Assembly: GCA_040757335.1 (NCBI GenBank)
Contig: JBFLXB010000002.1
Span: 36,381 to 100,380, forward strand
Origin: Nitrospirota bacterium
Lineage (GTDB): Bacteria > Nitrospirota > Nitrospiria > 2-01-FULL-66-17
DNA: 64,000 bases
Reading direction: 5' to 3'
Position numbers and translations under genes: made by a program. How positions within the stretch are numbered: the stretch's first letter is position 1; each line of letters opens with the position of its first letter. The notes beneath the pieces are model-generated. The model was not told the origin of the DNA. It was given only the letters and a program-made list of their open reading frames with translations, and made no database searches. This document shows, piece after piece, positions 16,603 to 25,507 of the stretch.

Positions 16603-17408
16603 GCGACTCGCGATCTCCCGAACCGTACGCCTCGTGGTTATCAAGGATCCGGCAACGCGTGGAGTCTCCAAGCGGGGTCAGCAACGCTCAGACCAACGAC
16701 GATCTGTCAGCGTCGTCAACCGGTCAGCGACCCGCAAGGGGAGACAAGGTTCAGCTCCCGTTTATCGCAGCGATCGATGAGCCAGACTCGGTGGTCGCCG
16801 AGCAGTACCGGCTGTTCGCTGCCAGACTGGAGGGGTTGTGGAAACAGCCCGGCTTCAAGATGGTGGGCATCACGAGCACACTGCCTAGCGAGGGTAAGAG
16901 CTTGACCAGCATCAACGTGGCCTGCGTGTTGGCCAAGGACTTCGGACGCCGCGTGCTGGTAATCGATGGCGATTTTCGCAAGCCCAGCCTTTGGCAGTAC
17001 GTTGGCAACAAACCGTCAAAGGGGCTATCGGACGCAATTGCCAACCGGCGGGACGCGGATTCGATGGTTCGACGGCTCCGATACGAGCACCTCGCGGTTC
17101 TCCAAACCGGTCAGGTGCCGATCAACTCCACGCGATTGTGGAAGTCTGACGCGATCAAGCACTTGCTGGCGCATTTCGGTGGACAATATGACTATGTGAT
17201 CGTCGATACGCCTCCGGTCTTGACGGTCGTCGATACGACCTTGATCGCGGATCTAATGGATGGGGTGGTGGTGGTGGTGCGGTCCGGCGTGACGCCGACG
17301 GCCATGCTGCAGAAGGCCCTGGCGTCGCTGCCTCGGGCCAAGTTGGTTGGGACGGTGTTGAACGCGGCGAAGGGGTATTCGCCCTCATACTACTATCACG
17401 TGCGATGA
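16599..17408 (+). CDS. BY-kinase-type ATPase (CpsD/CapB-like; PEP-CTERM-locus EpsG-like) with C-terminal tyrosine cluster
   Basis: ATGA overlap with the upstream gene. Walker A TSTLPSEGKS, Walker A' VIDGDFRKP, Walker B YVIVDTPP. C-terminal Y-cluster YSPSYYYHVR. Confidence 0.75.
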   Translation: MSDSRSPEPYASWLSRIRQRVESPSGVSNAQTNDDLSASSTGQRPARGDKVQLPFIAAIDEPDSVVAEQYRLFAARLEGLWKQPGFKMVGITSTLPSEGKSLTSINVACVLAKDFGRRVLVIDGDFRKPSLWQYVGNKPSKGLSDAIANRRDADSMVRRLRYEHLAVLQTGQVPINSTRLWKSDAIKHLLAHFGGQYDYVIVDTPPVLTVVDTTLIADLMDGVVVVVRSGVTPTAMLQKALASLPRAKLVGTVLNAAKGYSPSYYYHVR

Positions 17409-18646
17409 GAACCGAAGACTCGGCGGGTGTAACTGGTTTGGCATCAACAGGGATGGCGAAAATGATTCCACCAAAGAAGAAGCTGAAACGCGGACGTGGA
17501 CCGGCGGGTCCACACGATCCGGTGTCGTTTCTCGTTGACCCGGAATTCGACATTTATATCGAAGACTACTTCATCGAAAGGCTGTGTTCCGAGCGGCAAA
17601 GGACGGCGCGGTCCCAAAAGCCGCTGTTGATGATGCTGTTGGACATCGAGCGGCTGCCCGAGCGCGAGCGGAGGGACACGATCAAGAAAGTCGTGACGGT
17701 CTTATCCGCAACGGTGAGAGAGACCGATCTCAAGGGTTGGTATAAGAACGACTCCGTGATCGGGGTGCTCTTTACCGAGGTCGCCGACGTGGATAGGGAG
17801 TCTTTGCGGCAAAAGATTTACGCGAAGCTTTGTGACAAACTGAAATCGGCTCAGGCCAGTCGAATCGACATCTCCTTTCATGCGTTCCCCGAGGACCCAC
17901 CGGAGGGCTCCAATGATCGAGAACAAGGTCCTCACAAACAGACCACTTCGGATGATCCCGTGTTCTATCCGGATCTCACCAGGCCGAAATTGTCCAAGAG
18001 CGTCTATCTCGGGAGCAAACGGGCCATCGACGTGCTGGGAAGTCTCGTCTGTCTGACCGTTTTTTCCGCGGTCTTTTTGGCGATTGCGATCGCCATCAAA
18101 GCGTCCTCCCGCGGTCCAATCATCTTCAGGCAGGAGAGGATCGGGTTGTACGGACGAAAGTTCGTTTTCTTGAAGTTCCGATCGATGTACATGAACAATG
18201 ATCCCGCCATCCACAAGGAGTATGTGCACAACCTGATCCTTGGGCAGAAGACCAACGGCAATGGAGGAAACGGATCGAACGGGAACGGCGTCTACAAGAT
18301 TACGAACGATCATCGGGTCACTCCGCTTGGCCGGTTCCTCAGGAAAACGAGTCTGGATGAGCTTCCTCAGTTCTTTAACGTTCTGATGGGACATATGTCA
18401 CTGGTCGGGCCACGGCCCCCAATTCCCTACGAGCTGGAGAAATACGAAGTGTGGCATCGGAGGCGTGTGCTGGAGGTCAAGCCGGGGATATCTGGCCTCT
18501 GGCAGGTGAGGGGCAGGAGCAGAACCACCTTCGACGAGATGGTGAGGATGGACATCAAGTATCTCAGGGAGCAATCGCTCTGGTTGGATCTGAAGATCCT
18601 CCTGCAGACTCCCTGGGCGATGTTCACGGCAAGGGGCGCGTACTAG
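17405..18646 (+). CDS. Priming sugar transferase (bacterial sugar transferase / PglC-WbaP C-terminal domain) with N-terminal degenerate GGDEF-like domain
   Basis: ATGA overlap with the BY-kinase gene. The C-terminal catalytic domain has hallmark motifs (RFLRKTSLDELPQFFNVLMGHMSLVGPRP, KPGISGLWQV). A single TM precedes it (VLGSLVCLTVFSAVFLAIAIAI). The N-terminal ~190 aa aligns to the GGDEF core (PLLMMLLDIERL.., VRETDLKGWYKNDSVIGVLF), with GG(D/E)EF replaced by KNDSV and an RxxD (RETD) at the inhibitory-site position. Confidence 0.8.
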   Translation: MRTEDSAGVTGLASTGMAKMIPPKKKLKRGRGPAGPHDPVSFLVDPEFDIYIEDYFIERLCSERQRTARSQKPLLMMLLDIERLPERERRDTIKKVVTVLSATVRETDLKGWYKNDSVIGVLFTEVADVDRESLRQKIYAKLCDKLKSAQASRIDISFHAFPEDPPEGSNDREQGPHKQTTSDDPVFYPDLTRPKLSKSVYLGSKRAIDVLGSLVCLTVFSAVFLAIAIAIKASSRGPIIFRQERIGLYGRKFVFLKFRSMYMNNDPAIHKEYVHNLILGQKTNGNGGNGSNGNGVYKITNDHRVTPLGRFLRKTSLDELPQFFNVLMGHMSLVGPRPPIPYELEKYEVWHRRRVLEVKPGISGLWQVRGRSRTTFDEMVRMDIKYLREQSLWLDLKILLQTPWAMFTARGAY

Positions 18647-18686
18647 CCCGGGACTATTCACTGAACGTTCGTAGAGGTAAACGGAA

Positions 18687-19691
18687 ATGATTGGCGTTGG
18701 CGTCGTCGGATACGGGTACTGGGGCCCGAACCTGGTACGGAACTTTCACGCGCTTGAGAACGCGAAGGTGGTCAAAGTTTGCGACCGGAACCCGGCGGCC
18801 TTGAAGCGTCTCGCCAAGACCTATCCGGGTATTGAAGGTGTGACGAGTGCCGATGAGATCATGAAGTCGACGGAGATCGATGCGGTGGTAATCGCTACGC
18901 CGGTCTCCGCGCATTTCGAGTTAGCGAAAGAGGCGCTCCAACACGGCAAGCACATCTTTGTGGAGAAGCCCTTCACGGTAACCTCGGCGCAGTCCGAGAG
19001 GCTCATCGAATTGGCGGAGAAAAAGAACCTCAAGATCATGGTCGACCACACCTTCCTGTTTACCGGCTCGGTCAGGAAGATGAAACAGCTGATCGATGAC
19101 GGCGTGCTGGGTCAGCTCTACTATTACGACTCCACCAGAGTGAACCTCGGCTTGTTTCAGCACGACGTGAACGTCATCTGGGATTTGGCGCCGCACGACC
19201 TGTCGATCATGGATTTTCTCCTCAAGGACAAACCAGTGGCGGTGACGGCCAACGGGAGAGCCCATTTCGGAAACGGATTGCAGGATATCGCGTATATCAC
19301 GGTGTACTTCGCGAACGATATGCTGGCCCACTTCAACGTCAACTGGCTCTCGCCGGTGAAGGTGAGAACGACGCTGATCGGCGGCGAGAAGAAGATGCTT
19401 GCCTGGAACGACTTGGAGGCTGATGAGAAGATTCGAATCTATGACAAGGGGATTGAGGTCAAGAGCGGGGAGGGGATCTACAATCTGTTGGTGAGTTATC
19501 GCTCGGGGGACATGTGGGTCCCGAGGCTTGAACAGACCGAGGCACTGAAGACCGAGACCGAGTATTTTGTGCACTGTGTGTCGAACAACGAGACCCCGTT
19601 CAATGACGGGCGTGCCGGGCTCAGGGTGGTGAGAATGCTCGAGGCGTGTACGGAGTCGCTGGCAAAGGACGGCGGGATGGTTACGCTATGA
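18687..19691 (+). CDS. Gfo/Idh/MocA-family NAD-dependent sugar dehydrogenase (WbpB/WlbA-like UDP-GlcNAcA 3-dehydrogenase)
   Basis: N-terminal Rossmann VGVVGYGYWGPN, EKP motif (HIFVEKPF), about 334 aa. Followed directly by the acetyltransferase and aminotransferase partners. Confidence 0.8.
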   Translation: MIGVGVVGYGYWGPNLVRNFHALENAKVVKVCDRNPAALKRLAKTYPGIEGVTSADEIMKSTEIDAVVIATPVSAHFELAKEALQHGKHIFVEKPFTVTSAQSERLIELAEKKNLKIMVDHTFLFTGSVRKMKQLIDDGVLGQLYYYDSTRVNLGLFQHDVNVIWDLAPHDLSIMDFLLKDKPVAVTANGRAHFGNGLQDIAYITVYFANDMLAHFNVNWLSPVKVRTTLIGGEKKMLAWNDLEADEKIRIYDKGIEVKSGEGIYNLLVSYRSGDMWVPRLEQTEALKTETEYFVHCVSNNETPFNDGRAGLRVVRMLEACTESLAKDGGMVTL

Positions 19692-20173
19692 GCGAGGTGG
19701 CTGTCGCGCCGGATGTGCGCTTGGGCAAGGATGTTAAGCTGTCGAAGTTTATCAATCTCTATGGATGTGAGATCGGCGACTGCACGAAAATCGGACCGTT
19801 CGTTGAAGTGCAGAAGAACGCGACGATCGGGAAGAACTGCAAGATTTCCAGTCACACCTTCATTTGTGAAGGGGTGACGATCGAGGACAACGTGTTTGTG
19901 GGGCACAATGTGTCGTTCGTCAACGACACCTACCCACGAGCCACCACCGCGGACGGCACGTTGCAGACGGAAAAGGACTGGAAGGTGGAGAAAACGCTGG
20001 TCAAGAAGGGGGCGTCCATCGGGTCCGGGGCGACCATTCTTGCGAACGTCACCATCGGTGAAAACGCCATCGTGGGGGCCGGCAGCGTCGTGACCAAAGA
20101 CGTCCGCCCGAACTCCGTGGTTGCGGGCAATCCCGCAAAGTTTCTGAGGAACCTGACCAGTGACAATCGATAA
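19688..20173 (+). CDS. Hexapeptide-repeat (LbH) N-acetyltransferase (WbpD/WlbB-like)
   Basis: ATGA overlap with the upstream gene. Repeated [LIV]-G-x-x-x-x hexapeptides (IGKNCKI, IGSGATI, IGENAIV, VGAGSVV). About 161 aa. Confidence 0.8.
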   Translation: MSEVAVAPDVRLGKDVKLSKFINLYGCEIGDCTKIGPFVEVQKNATIGKNCKISSHTFICEGVTIEDNVFVGHNVSFVNDTYPRATTADGTLQTEKDWKVEKTLVKKGASIGSGATILANVTIGENAIVGAGSVVTKDVRPNSVVAGNPAKFLRNLTSDNR

Positions 20174-21350
20174 GACTCATGTACCGTTTGTCGACCTGAT
20201 CACGCCCCATGTGGAACTGGAGCGGGAGTTGACGGCGGTGTTTCAACAAGCTGTCAGGTCAGCTGGATTCATCGGCGGACCGATGGTCAGCGAGTTTGAA
20301 AAACGCTTCGCGGAATTCTCCGGGACGTCGCAGTGTGTCGGCGTGAGCAGCGGGACGGACGCCTTGCGATTCGCGTTGATGGCCGCGGGGGTCCAAAAAG
20401 GCGACCGGGTGATCACGGTCCCGAACACCTTCATCGCCACGACCGAGGCGATCACCCAAGCGGGCGCCGTACCGGACTTCGTTGATATCGATGAACGCAC
20501 CTACAACATGGATCCCGAAAAACTTCGCGAGTACATCGAGATCCGGTGCGCCGTCGACAAGAAAACCGGCAGGATCGTCAACCGCGCCACGGGACAGCCG
20601 GTATCGGCCGTCGTCCCCGTGCACCTCTACGGCCAGCCGGCCGACATGGACCCCATTTTGGAACTGGCCGAACGGTATGGATTGATCGTGGTTGAAGACG
20701 CGTGCCAGGCGCACGGGGCCGAGTACTTGTCCAAGGCGGCTGGAGGGTGGAGGAAGGCCGGCTCGATCGGAAAAGCCGCGGCCTTCAGCTTCTATCCGGG
20801 GAAGAATCTGGGGGCGTGCGGAGAAGCGGGGGCGGTGACGACGAACGATGAGGGGATCGCGAGTAAGATTCGGATGCTCCGGGACCACGGACAGGTCAAG
20901 AAATACGTCCACGACGTGGAAGGATACAACGGACGGCTCGACGCCATACAGGCGGGTATCCTATCAGTGAAACTCAAACGCTTGCCTGAATGGAATGAAG
21001 AGCGCCGCCGCCTGGCGGCTCGTTACAACGAGCTGCTTGGAGACGTTGATGATCTGGTGAGGCCGGTTGAACCAGAATGGGCCAAGTCAGTCTATCACCT
21101 TTATGTGGTGCGCGTCCCGGATCGAGATGACGTGCAGAAACACCTCTCGGAGAACGACATCGCCACGGGTTTACATTACCCCGTACCCCTCCATCTTCAG
21201 AAGGCCTATGCCGACCTTGGGTACAAGAACGGCGACTTTCCGGTGACTGAGAAGGTCTCCAAGGAGATTCTGTCACTTCCCATGTACCCGGGGTTGGCGG
21301 AAAGTCAGCAGCAGCGTGTGGCCGAATGTCTCCAAAAACAGAGATCATAA
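20160..21350 (+). CDS. DegT/DnrJ/EryC1/StrS-family PLP aminotransferase (WbpE/WlbC-like)
   Basis: GTG start overlapping the upstream stop. Motifs SSGTDAL, FSFYPGKNLGACGEAGAV (PLP lysine region), VPLHLQ. Confidence 0.85.
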   Translation: MTIDKTHVPFVDLITPHVELERELTAVFQQAVRSAGFIGGPMVSEFEKRFAEFSGTSQCVGVSSGTDALRFALMAAGVQKGDRVITVPNTFIATTEAITQAGAVPDFVDIDERTYNMDPEKLREYIEIRCAVDKKTGRIVNRATGQPVSAVVPVHLYGQPADMDPILELAERYGLIVVEDACQAHGAEYLSKAAGGWRKAGSIGKAAAFSFYPGKNLGACGEAGAVTTNDEGIASKIRMLRDHGQVKKYVHDVEGYNGRLDAIQAGILSVKLKRLPEWNEERRRLAARYNELLGDVDDLVRPVEPEWAKSVYHLYVVRVPDRDDVQKHLSENDIATGLHYPVPLHLQKAYADLGYKNGDFPVTEKVSKEILSLPMYPGLAESQQQRVAECLQKQRS

Positions 21351-22372
21351 ATCCCCTTGATTATCTAGGATGGGATGACCTAGTTCTCGCCACTGAAGGC
21401 TATTCGTTTTTCCACTCCTCAAACTGGGCAAGGGTGTTGCACGAAACATACGGGTACAGGCCTGTCTACTTGACGGCGATGGACGCCGGGAAAATCGTGG
21501 CCTCACTCCCGTGTATGGAAATCAAGAGTCTCCTGACGGGAGCGCGAGCGGTTTCTCTCCCCTTTACGGATTACTGCGAAGCTATCGTTGCCCCTGGATC
21601 CGAGCACACCGCTCAGTCTCTGTTCGATGAACTCATGGGGTACGGCAAACAAGCCGGCTGGAGGTCCATCGAGATCAGATGCGGCAACCGGCTCTCGGAG
21701 GAGGTTCCACCGTTTGCCGTCCACTACGGCCACGTCGTCGACGTTGCGAGGGATGCCGAGGAGTTGCTCTCGGGGCTCCGCGAGAGCACGAGACGCAATA
21801 TCAAAAAGGCGATCAACGAAGGCGTTCGAGTCGAACTCTCCGATTCCATGGAGTCGCTCCGGACGTTTTATCGGCTGAATTGTCTAACCAGGAGAGAGCA
21901 CGGGTTGCCTCCGCAACCGTTTCGATTTTTCGAGAAGCTGCATGAACACGTGTTGTCCCAGGGCCGGGGCTTCGTGGCGCTATCGTCGATTCGGAATGAG
22001 AGCATCGCCGGCGCCGTCTTTCTGCACTTCGGCGGGACGGCGATCTACAAATACGGCGCCTCGGACAAGAGTTACCAGCACCTCAGGGCGAACAACCTGG
22101 TCATGTGGGAGGCGATCAGGTGGTGCTCTGAGAACGGAGTTCGGAATCTTTGTTTGGGAAGAACGGAGCCGGAGCACGACGGTCTCCTGCAATTCAAGCG
22201 CGGGTGGGGTGCTCGGGAACGGCGCGTGCACTACTACAAATATGACGTGAGAAGCGCATGGTTCGTCAGCGAGCGGCCCAAGGCACTCGGAGGCCATAAG
22301 AAGATCATCCATCGCGTGCCAATTCCTTTGCTGCGGCTTGCAGGTACAGTCTTGTACCGACACATCGGATAG
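21326..22372 (+). CDS. FemAB-family / GNAT-fold protein (PEP-CTERM-locus FemAB-related type)
   Basis: About 348 aa, two acyl-CoA N-acyltransferase-like halves. Overlaps the upstream aminotransferase stop by 25 nt. Resembles the FemAB-related proteins that accompany PEP-CTERM EPS loci. Assignment by resemblance only. Confidence 0.55.
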   Translation: MSPKTEIINPLDYLGWDDLVLATEGYSFFHSSNWARVLHETYGYRPVYLTAMDAGKIVASLPCMEIKSLLTGARAVSLPFTDYCEAIVAPGSEHTAQSLFDELMGYGKQAGWRSIEIRCGNRLSEEVPPFAVHYGHVVDVARDAEELLSGLRESTRRNIKKAINEGVRVELSDSMESLRTFYRLNCLTRREHGLPPQPFRFFEKLHEHVLSQGRGFVALSSIRNESIAGAVFLHFGGTAIYKYGASDKSYQHLRANNLVMWEAIRWCSENGVRNLCLGRTEPEHDGLLQFKRGWGARERRVHYYKYDVRSAWFVSERPKALGGHKKIIHRVPIPLLRLAGTVLYRHIG

Positions 22373-22384
22373 TGGTAACCGGCG

Positions 22385-24556
22385 TTGCGAGCGATGATCA
22401 GCTATCGAGCCAGATTGTTCTATGCCGTCAAGCCGTTCATTCCCAGACGGTTGCAGATACTGCTCCGACGAGCGCTCATTGCCGTGCGGGCGCCGCGGTA
22501 TCGACACGTGTGGCCCATCAACGAACGATCAAACCGACACCCCGACGGCTGGACCGGCTGGCCTGAACAAAAACGCTTCGCCCTCGTGCTCATGCACGAC
22601 GTCGAGACCGAGCGGGGTCAAGGCAAGTGCCGCCAATTGATGCAGCTCGAGCAGTCGATGAGTGTTCGGTCCTCGTTCAACTTCGTTCCGGAACGATACG
22701 CGGTGTCGTCCAAGCTGCGGCAAGACTTGGGGAACGAGGGATTCGAGATCGGCGTACACGGGCTCAAACACGACGGCAAACTGTTCCTGTCGCGAAAGAG
22801 GTTCGATCGACACGCCGCTCGTATCAATCAGTACCTGAAAGAATGGAGAGCCGTCGGGTTTGTCTCGCCGTCGATGCACCGGAATCTGGATTGGATGCAT
22901 GAACTGGAAATCGAGTACGACACGTCGACATTCGATACCGATCCATTTGAACCGCAACCTGATGGGGTCCAGACGATCTTCCCGTTTGCTGTTCAAGGGG
23001 ATCAGGGCAGGAGAGGATACGTTGAACTGCCGTACACACTCCCGCAGGACTTCACCCTGTTTGTCCTCATGCGGGAAACGAACATCGATATTTGGAAACG
23101 GAAACTAGATTGGATTGCTGACAACGGGGGCATGGCGCTCCTGATCACGCATCCCGACTATATGGCTGACAGCCATGCTCCGATGGCGCCTGATGAGTAC
23201 CCGATGACACGGTACCGGGAGCTGCTGGAGTACGTTCGGAGCAGATACGACGGTCAATATTGGAACCCCTTGCCACGAGAAATCGCGCGATTCTGGCGAG
23301 CACAGTGTGATAATCGAATCGTGACGAGGAGCACGACGCCGGCGCAGATATCACGGCCAGACCGAACAGGTGGGAAGAGAAGACTACGTGCGTGCATGGT
23401 GGCCTACACATTTTATGACACGGATAACCGGGTCAAGCGATATGCCGAGACGCTGAAGCGGCATGGAGCCGATGTAGACGTGATCGCATTGCGGAAGGAG
23501 GGGGAGGCATCGTGCGCCTGCATCAACGGGGTTGATGTCTCGCGCGTCCAGAAGCGGGTTGTGAACGAACGGGGGGCGCTGACGTATCTCACGCGGCTTC
23601 TCGCGTTCCTGATTAAGTCGACGGTGCTTTTGACCGGCAGGAGTCTCACCAAGCGTTACGATCTCATCCATGTCCACAACGTGCCGGACTTTCAGGTGTT
23701 TGCCGCGCTCGTGCCCAAGCTCGCCGGGTCCAAGATCATCTTGGATATCCATGACATTCTCCCGGAGTTTTATGCGAGCAAGTTCAGTGCGGGGCAGCAA
23801 TCAATCGCGTACCAGGCGTTGCTGCGCCTTGAGAAATGGTCGACCGCGCTGGCCGACCACGTGATCATCTCCAATCACCTTTGGGAACAGCGGCTCGTGG
23901 CTCGCTCGGTCAAGAAAGACAAGTGCACGACGATCATGAACTACCCCGATCCGAGGGTGTTCTCGCAGCGACGCAATGGCAAGGTGCCCGACAAGTTCAT
24001 CATGATCTACCCCGGCACGCTCAACTGGCATCAGGGCGTCGACATCGCGGTCAGGGCGTTTGCCCTGATTAAAGACAACGCGCCGCACGCGGAATTCCAC
24101 ATCTATGGCGACGGGCCGATGCGGGGGGACCTCCAACGGCTTATCTCGGATCTTGGTGTACGGGATAGAGTGTTCTTGAGGGGGGCTCTGCCGTCGGAGG
24201 AGATTGCAATGGTGATGGCGAAGTCGGATCTGGGGGTGGTTCCGAAGAGGAATGATTCATTCGGTGGCGATGCGTTCAGCACCAAGATATTCGAGTTCAT
24301 GGCCCTGGGTGTTCCAGTTGTCGTGGCGGAAACGCGGATCGACCGCTACTACTTCGACGATACCATCGTGAGGTTTTTTGAGCCTGAGAATGCCGCGAGC
24401 CTGGCGATGGCGATTGAGGAGTTGGTCCGCAGCAAGGAACAGCGGGATCGGTTAGCAGCCAACGCCGCGGCGTTTGTCAGTTCCTACACATGGGACAGGA
24501 GAGAGAACGACTACCTGTCGCTCGTCGGCCATCTCGTAGGACAGGGCACACGCTGA
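22385..24556 (+). CDS. Bifunctional protein: N-terminal polysaccharide-deacetylase-like (NodB-fold, PEP-CTERM-locus type) domain fused to C-terminal GT4 glycosyltransferase
   Basis: N-terminal half has LMHDVETERG and HGLKHDG, resembling the DVEDxF/HxxxH motifs of locus-associated deacetylases. C-terminal half has the GT4 EX7E region (FEFMALGVPVVVAETR) and a Rossmann layout. Confidence 0.7.
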   Translation: MRAMISYRARLFYAVKPFIPRRLQILLRRALIAVRAPRYRHVWPINERSNRHPDGWTGWPEQKRFALVLMHDVETERGQGKCRQLMQLEQSMSVRSSFNFVPERYAVSSKLRQDLGNEGFEIGVHGLKHDGKLFLSRKRFDRHAARINQYLKEWRAVGFVSPSMHRNLDWMHELEIEYDTSTFDTDPFEPQPDGVQTIFPFAVQGDQGRRGYVELPYTLPQDFTLFVLMRETNIDIWKRKLDWIADNGGMALLITHPDYMADSHAPMAPDEYPMTRYRELLEYVRSRYDGQYWNPLPREIARFWRAQCDNRIVTRSTTPAQISRPDRTGGKRRLRACMVAYTFYDTDNRVKRYAETLKRHGADVDVIALRKEGEASCACINGVDVSRVQKRVVNERGALTYLTRLLAFLIKSTVLLTGRSLTKRYDLIHVHNVPDFQVFAALVPKLAGSKIILDIHDILPEFYASKFSAGQQSIAYQALLRLEKWSTALADHVIISNHLWEQRLVARSVKKDKCTTIMNYPDPRVFSQRRNGKVPDKFIMIYPGTLNWHQGVDIAVRAFALIKDNAPHAEFHIYGDGPMRGDLQRLISDLGVRDRVFLRGALPSEEIAMVMAKSDLGVVPKRNDSFGGDAFSTKIFEFMALGVPVVVAETRIDRYYFDDTIVRFFEPENAASLAMAIEELVRSKEQRDRLAANAAAFVSSYTWDRRENDYLSLVGHLVGQGTR

Positions 24557-24558
24557 CC

Positions 24559-25458
24559 ATGCCGAGGCTCGATCGCCTGCTTTCTTTGTACTGTTTCAGC
24601 CCTCTGCGGAAGCTTGGGGCGCCGACACATCCTGCGATTCGTATCCTGATGTACCACAGCATCTCCGATCGTAACGAAGAGGGCGCCCATCCCTACTTTA
24701 GAACATGTACGTCGCCGCGAAGATTTGTGGAGCATATGTCTTGGCTGCGGGACCACGGATACCAAATCATCAGTCTTGGCCAAGCGGTGGGGTTGCTATC
24801 GGGAAGGAGCGCCGATCGAGTCGGAGCCAGAGACTCGAAGTACGCTGTCATTACCTTCGATGACGGTTTCGAGGATGTTTATACCGATGCTTTTCCGATC
24901 CTTGCCCGGTACGAATCTACCGCAACTCTCTTTCTGCCAACGGCGTTTATTAGCGATACGAATACGACAGTCATGGACAGAAGGTTTCTGTCATGGAGCC
25001 AGGTGCGCGACCTGATCAAGGCTGGCATAACCGTTGGGTCCCACACTGTCACACACAAATACCTTGCCGAGCTGTCTCGATCACAGGGGGAGGATGAGAT
25101 TCGGCGGTCAAAGGAAACCATTGAGGATCGAACCGGAGCACCGGTTGACACCTTCTCAGTGCCCTACGCTTTTCCTGAAAATGATAAGGACTTTATCTCC
25201 TTTATGCGTAAGACTCTGCACGCTTGTGGATACTCTTGCGCCGTCACTACCAAAATCGGTATTGCTGTGCGCGGGGATGACCTGTTCGCGCTCAGGCGGA
25301 TACCCATGAACGGAGATGACGATTCCCGGCTGCTTCACGCAAAGATGGCTGGGGGCTATGATTGGCTACACACAGTGCAATATATGGCCAAAACCCTTAG
25401 GGGGATTACGGGAATCAAAAGGAGGAGAAGTTTCGAGAAATGGGCGTCGCGGTATTGA
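24559..25458 (+). CDS. Polysaccharide deacetylase (CE4 / NodB homology domain)
   Basis: Start at MPRLDRLL immediately after the upstream stop. NodB motifs ITFDDGFEDV, HTVTHKYL, RIP. Confidence 0.8.
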   Translation: MPRLDRLLSLYCFSPLRKLGAPTHPAIRILMYHSISDRNEEGAHPYFRTCTSPRRFVEHMSWLRDHGYQIISLGQAVGLLSGRSADRVGARDSKYAVITFDDGFEDVYTDAFPILARYESTATLFLPTAFISDTNTTVMDRRFLSWSQVRDLIKAGITVGSHTVTHKYLAELSRSQGEDEIRRSKETIEDRTGAPVDTFSVPYAFPENDKDFISFMRKTLHACGYSCAVTTKIGIAVRGDDLFALRRIPMNGDDDSRLLHAKMAGGYDWLHTVQYMAKTLRGITGIKRRRSFEKWASRY

Positions 25459-25507
25459 GTGCGGCGGAGCTTCACTTGAACCGGTTTGACTCCTTGAAGA
25501 GCGGCCA

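Noticed and set aside
17702-18394. 230-aa minus-strand ORF
   Set aside because: Antisense to the sugar transferase, which has definitive Bac_transf motifs.
18921-19574. 217-aa minus-strand ORF
   Set aside because: Antisense to the Gfo/Idh/MocA dehydrogenase gene.
20259-20912. 217-aa minus-strand ORF
   Set aside because: Antisense to the DegT aminotransferase gene.
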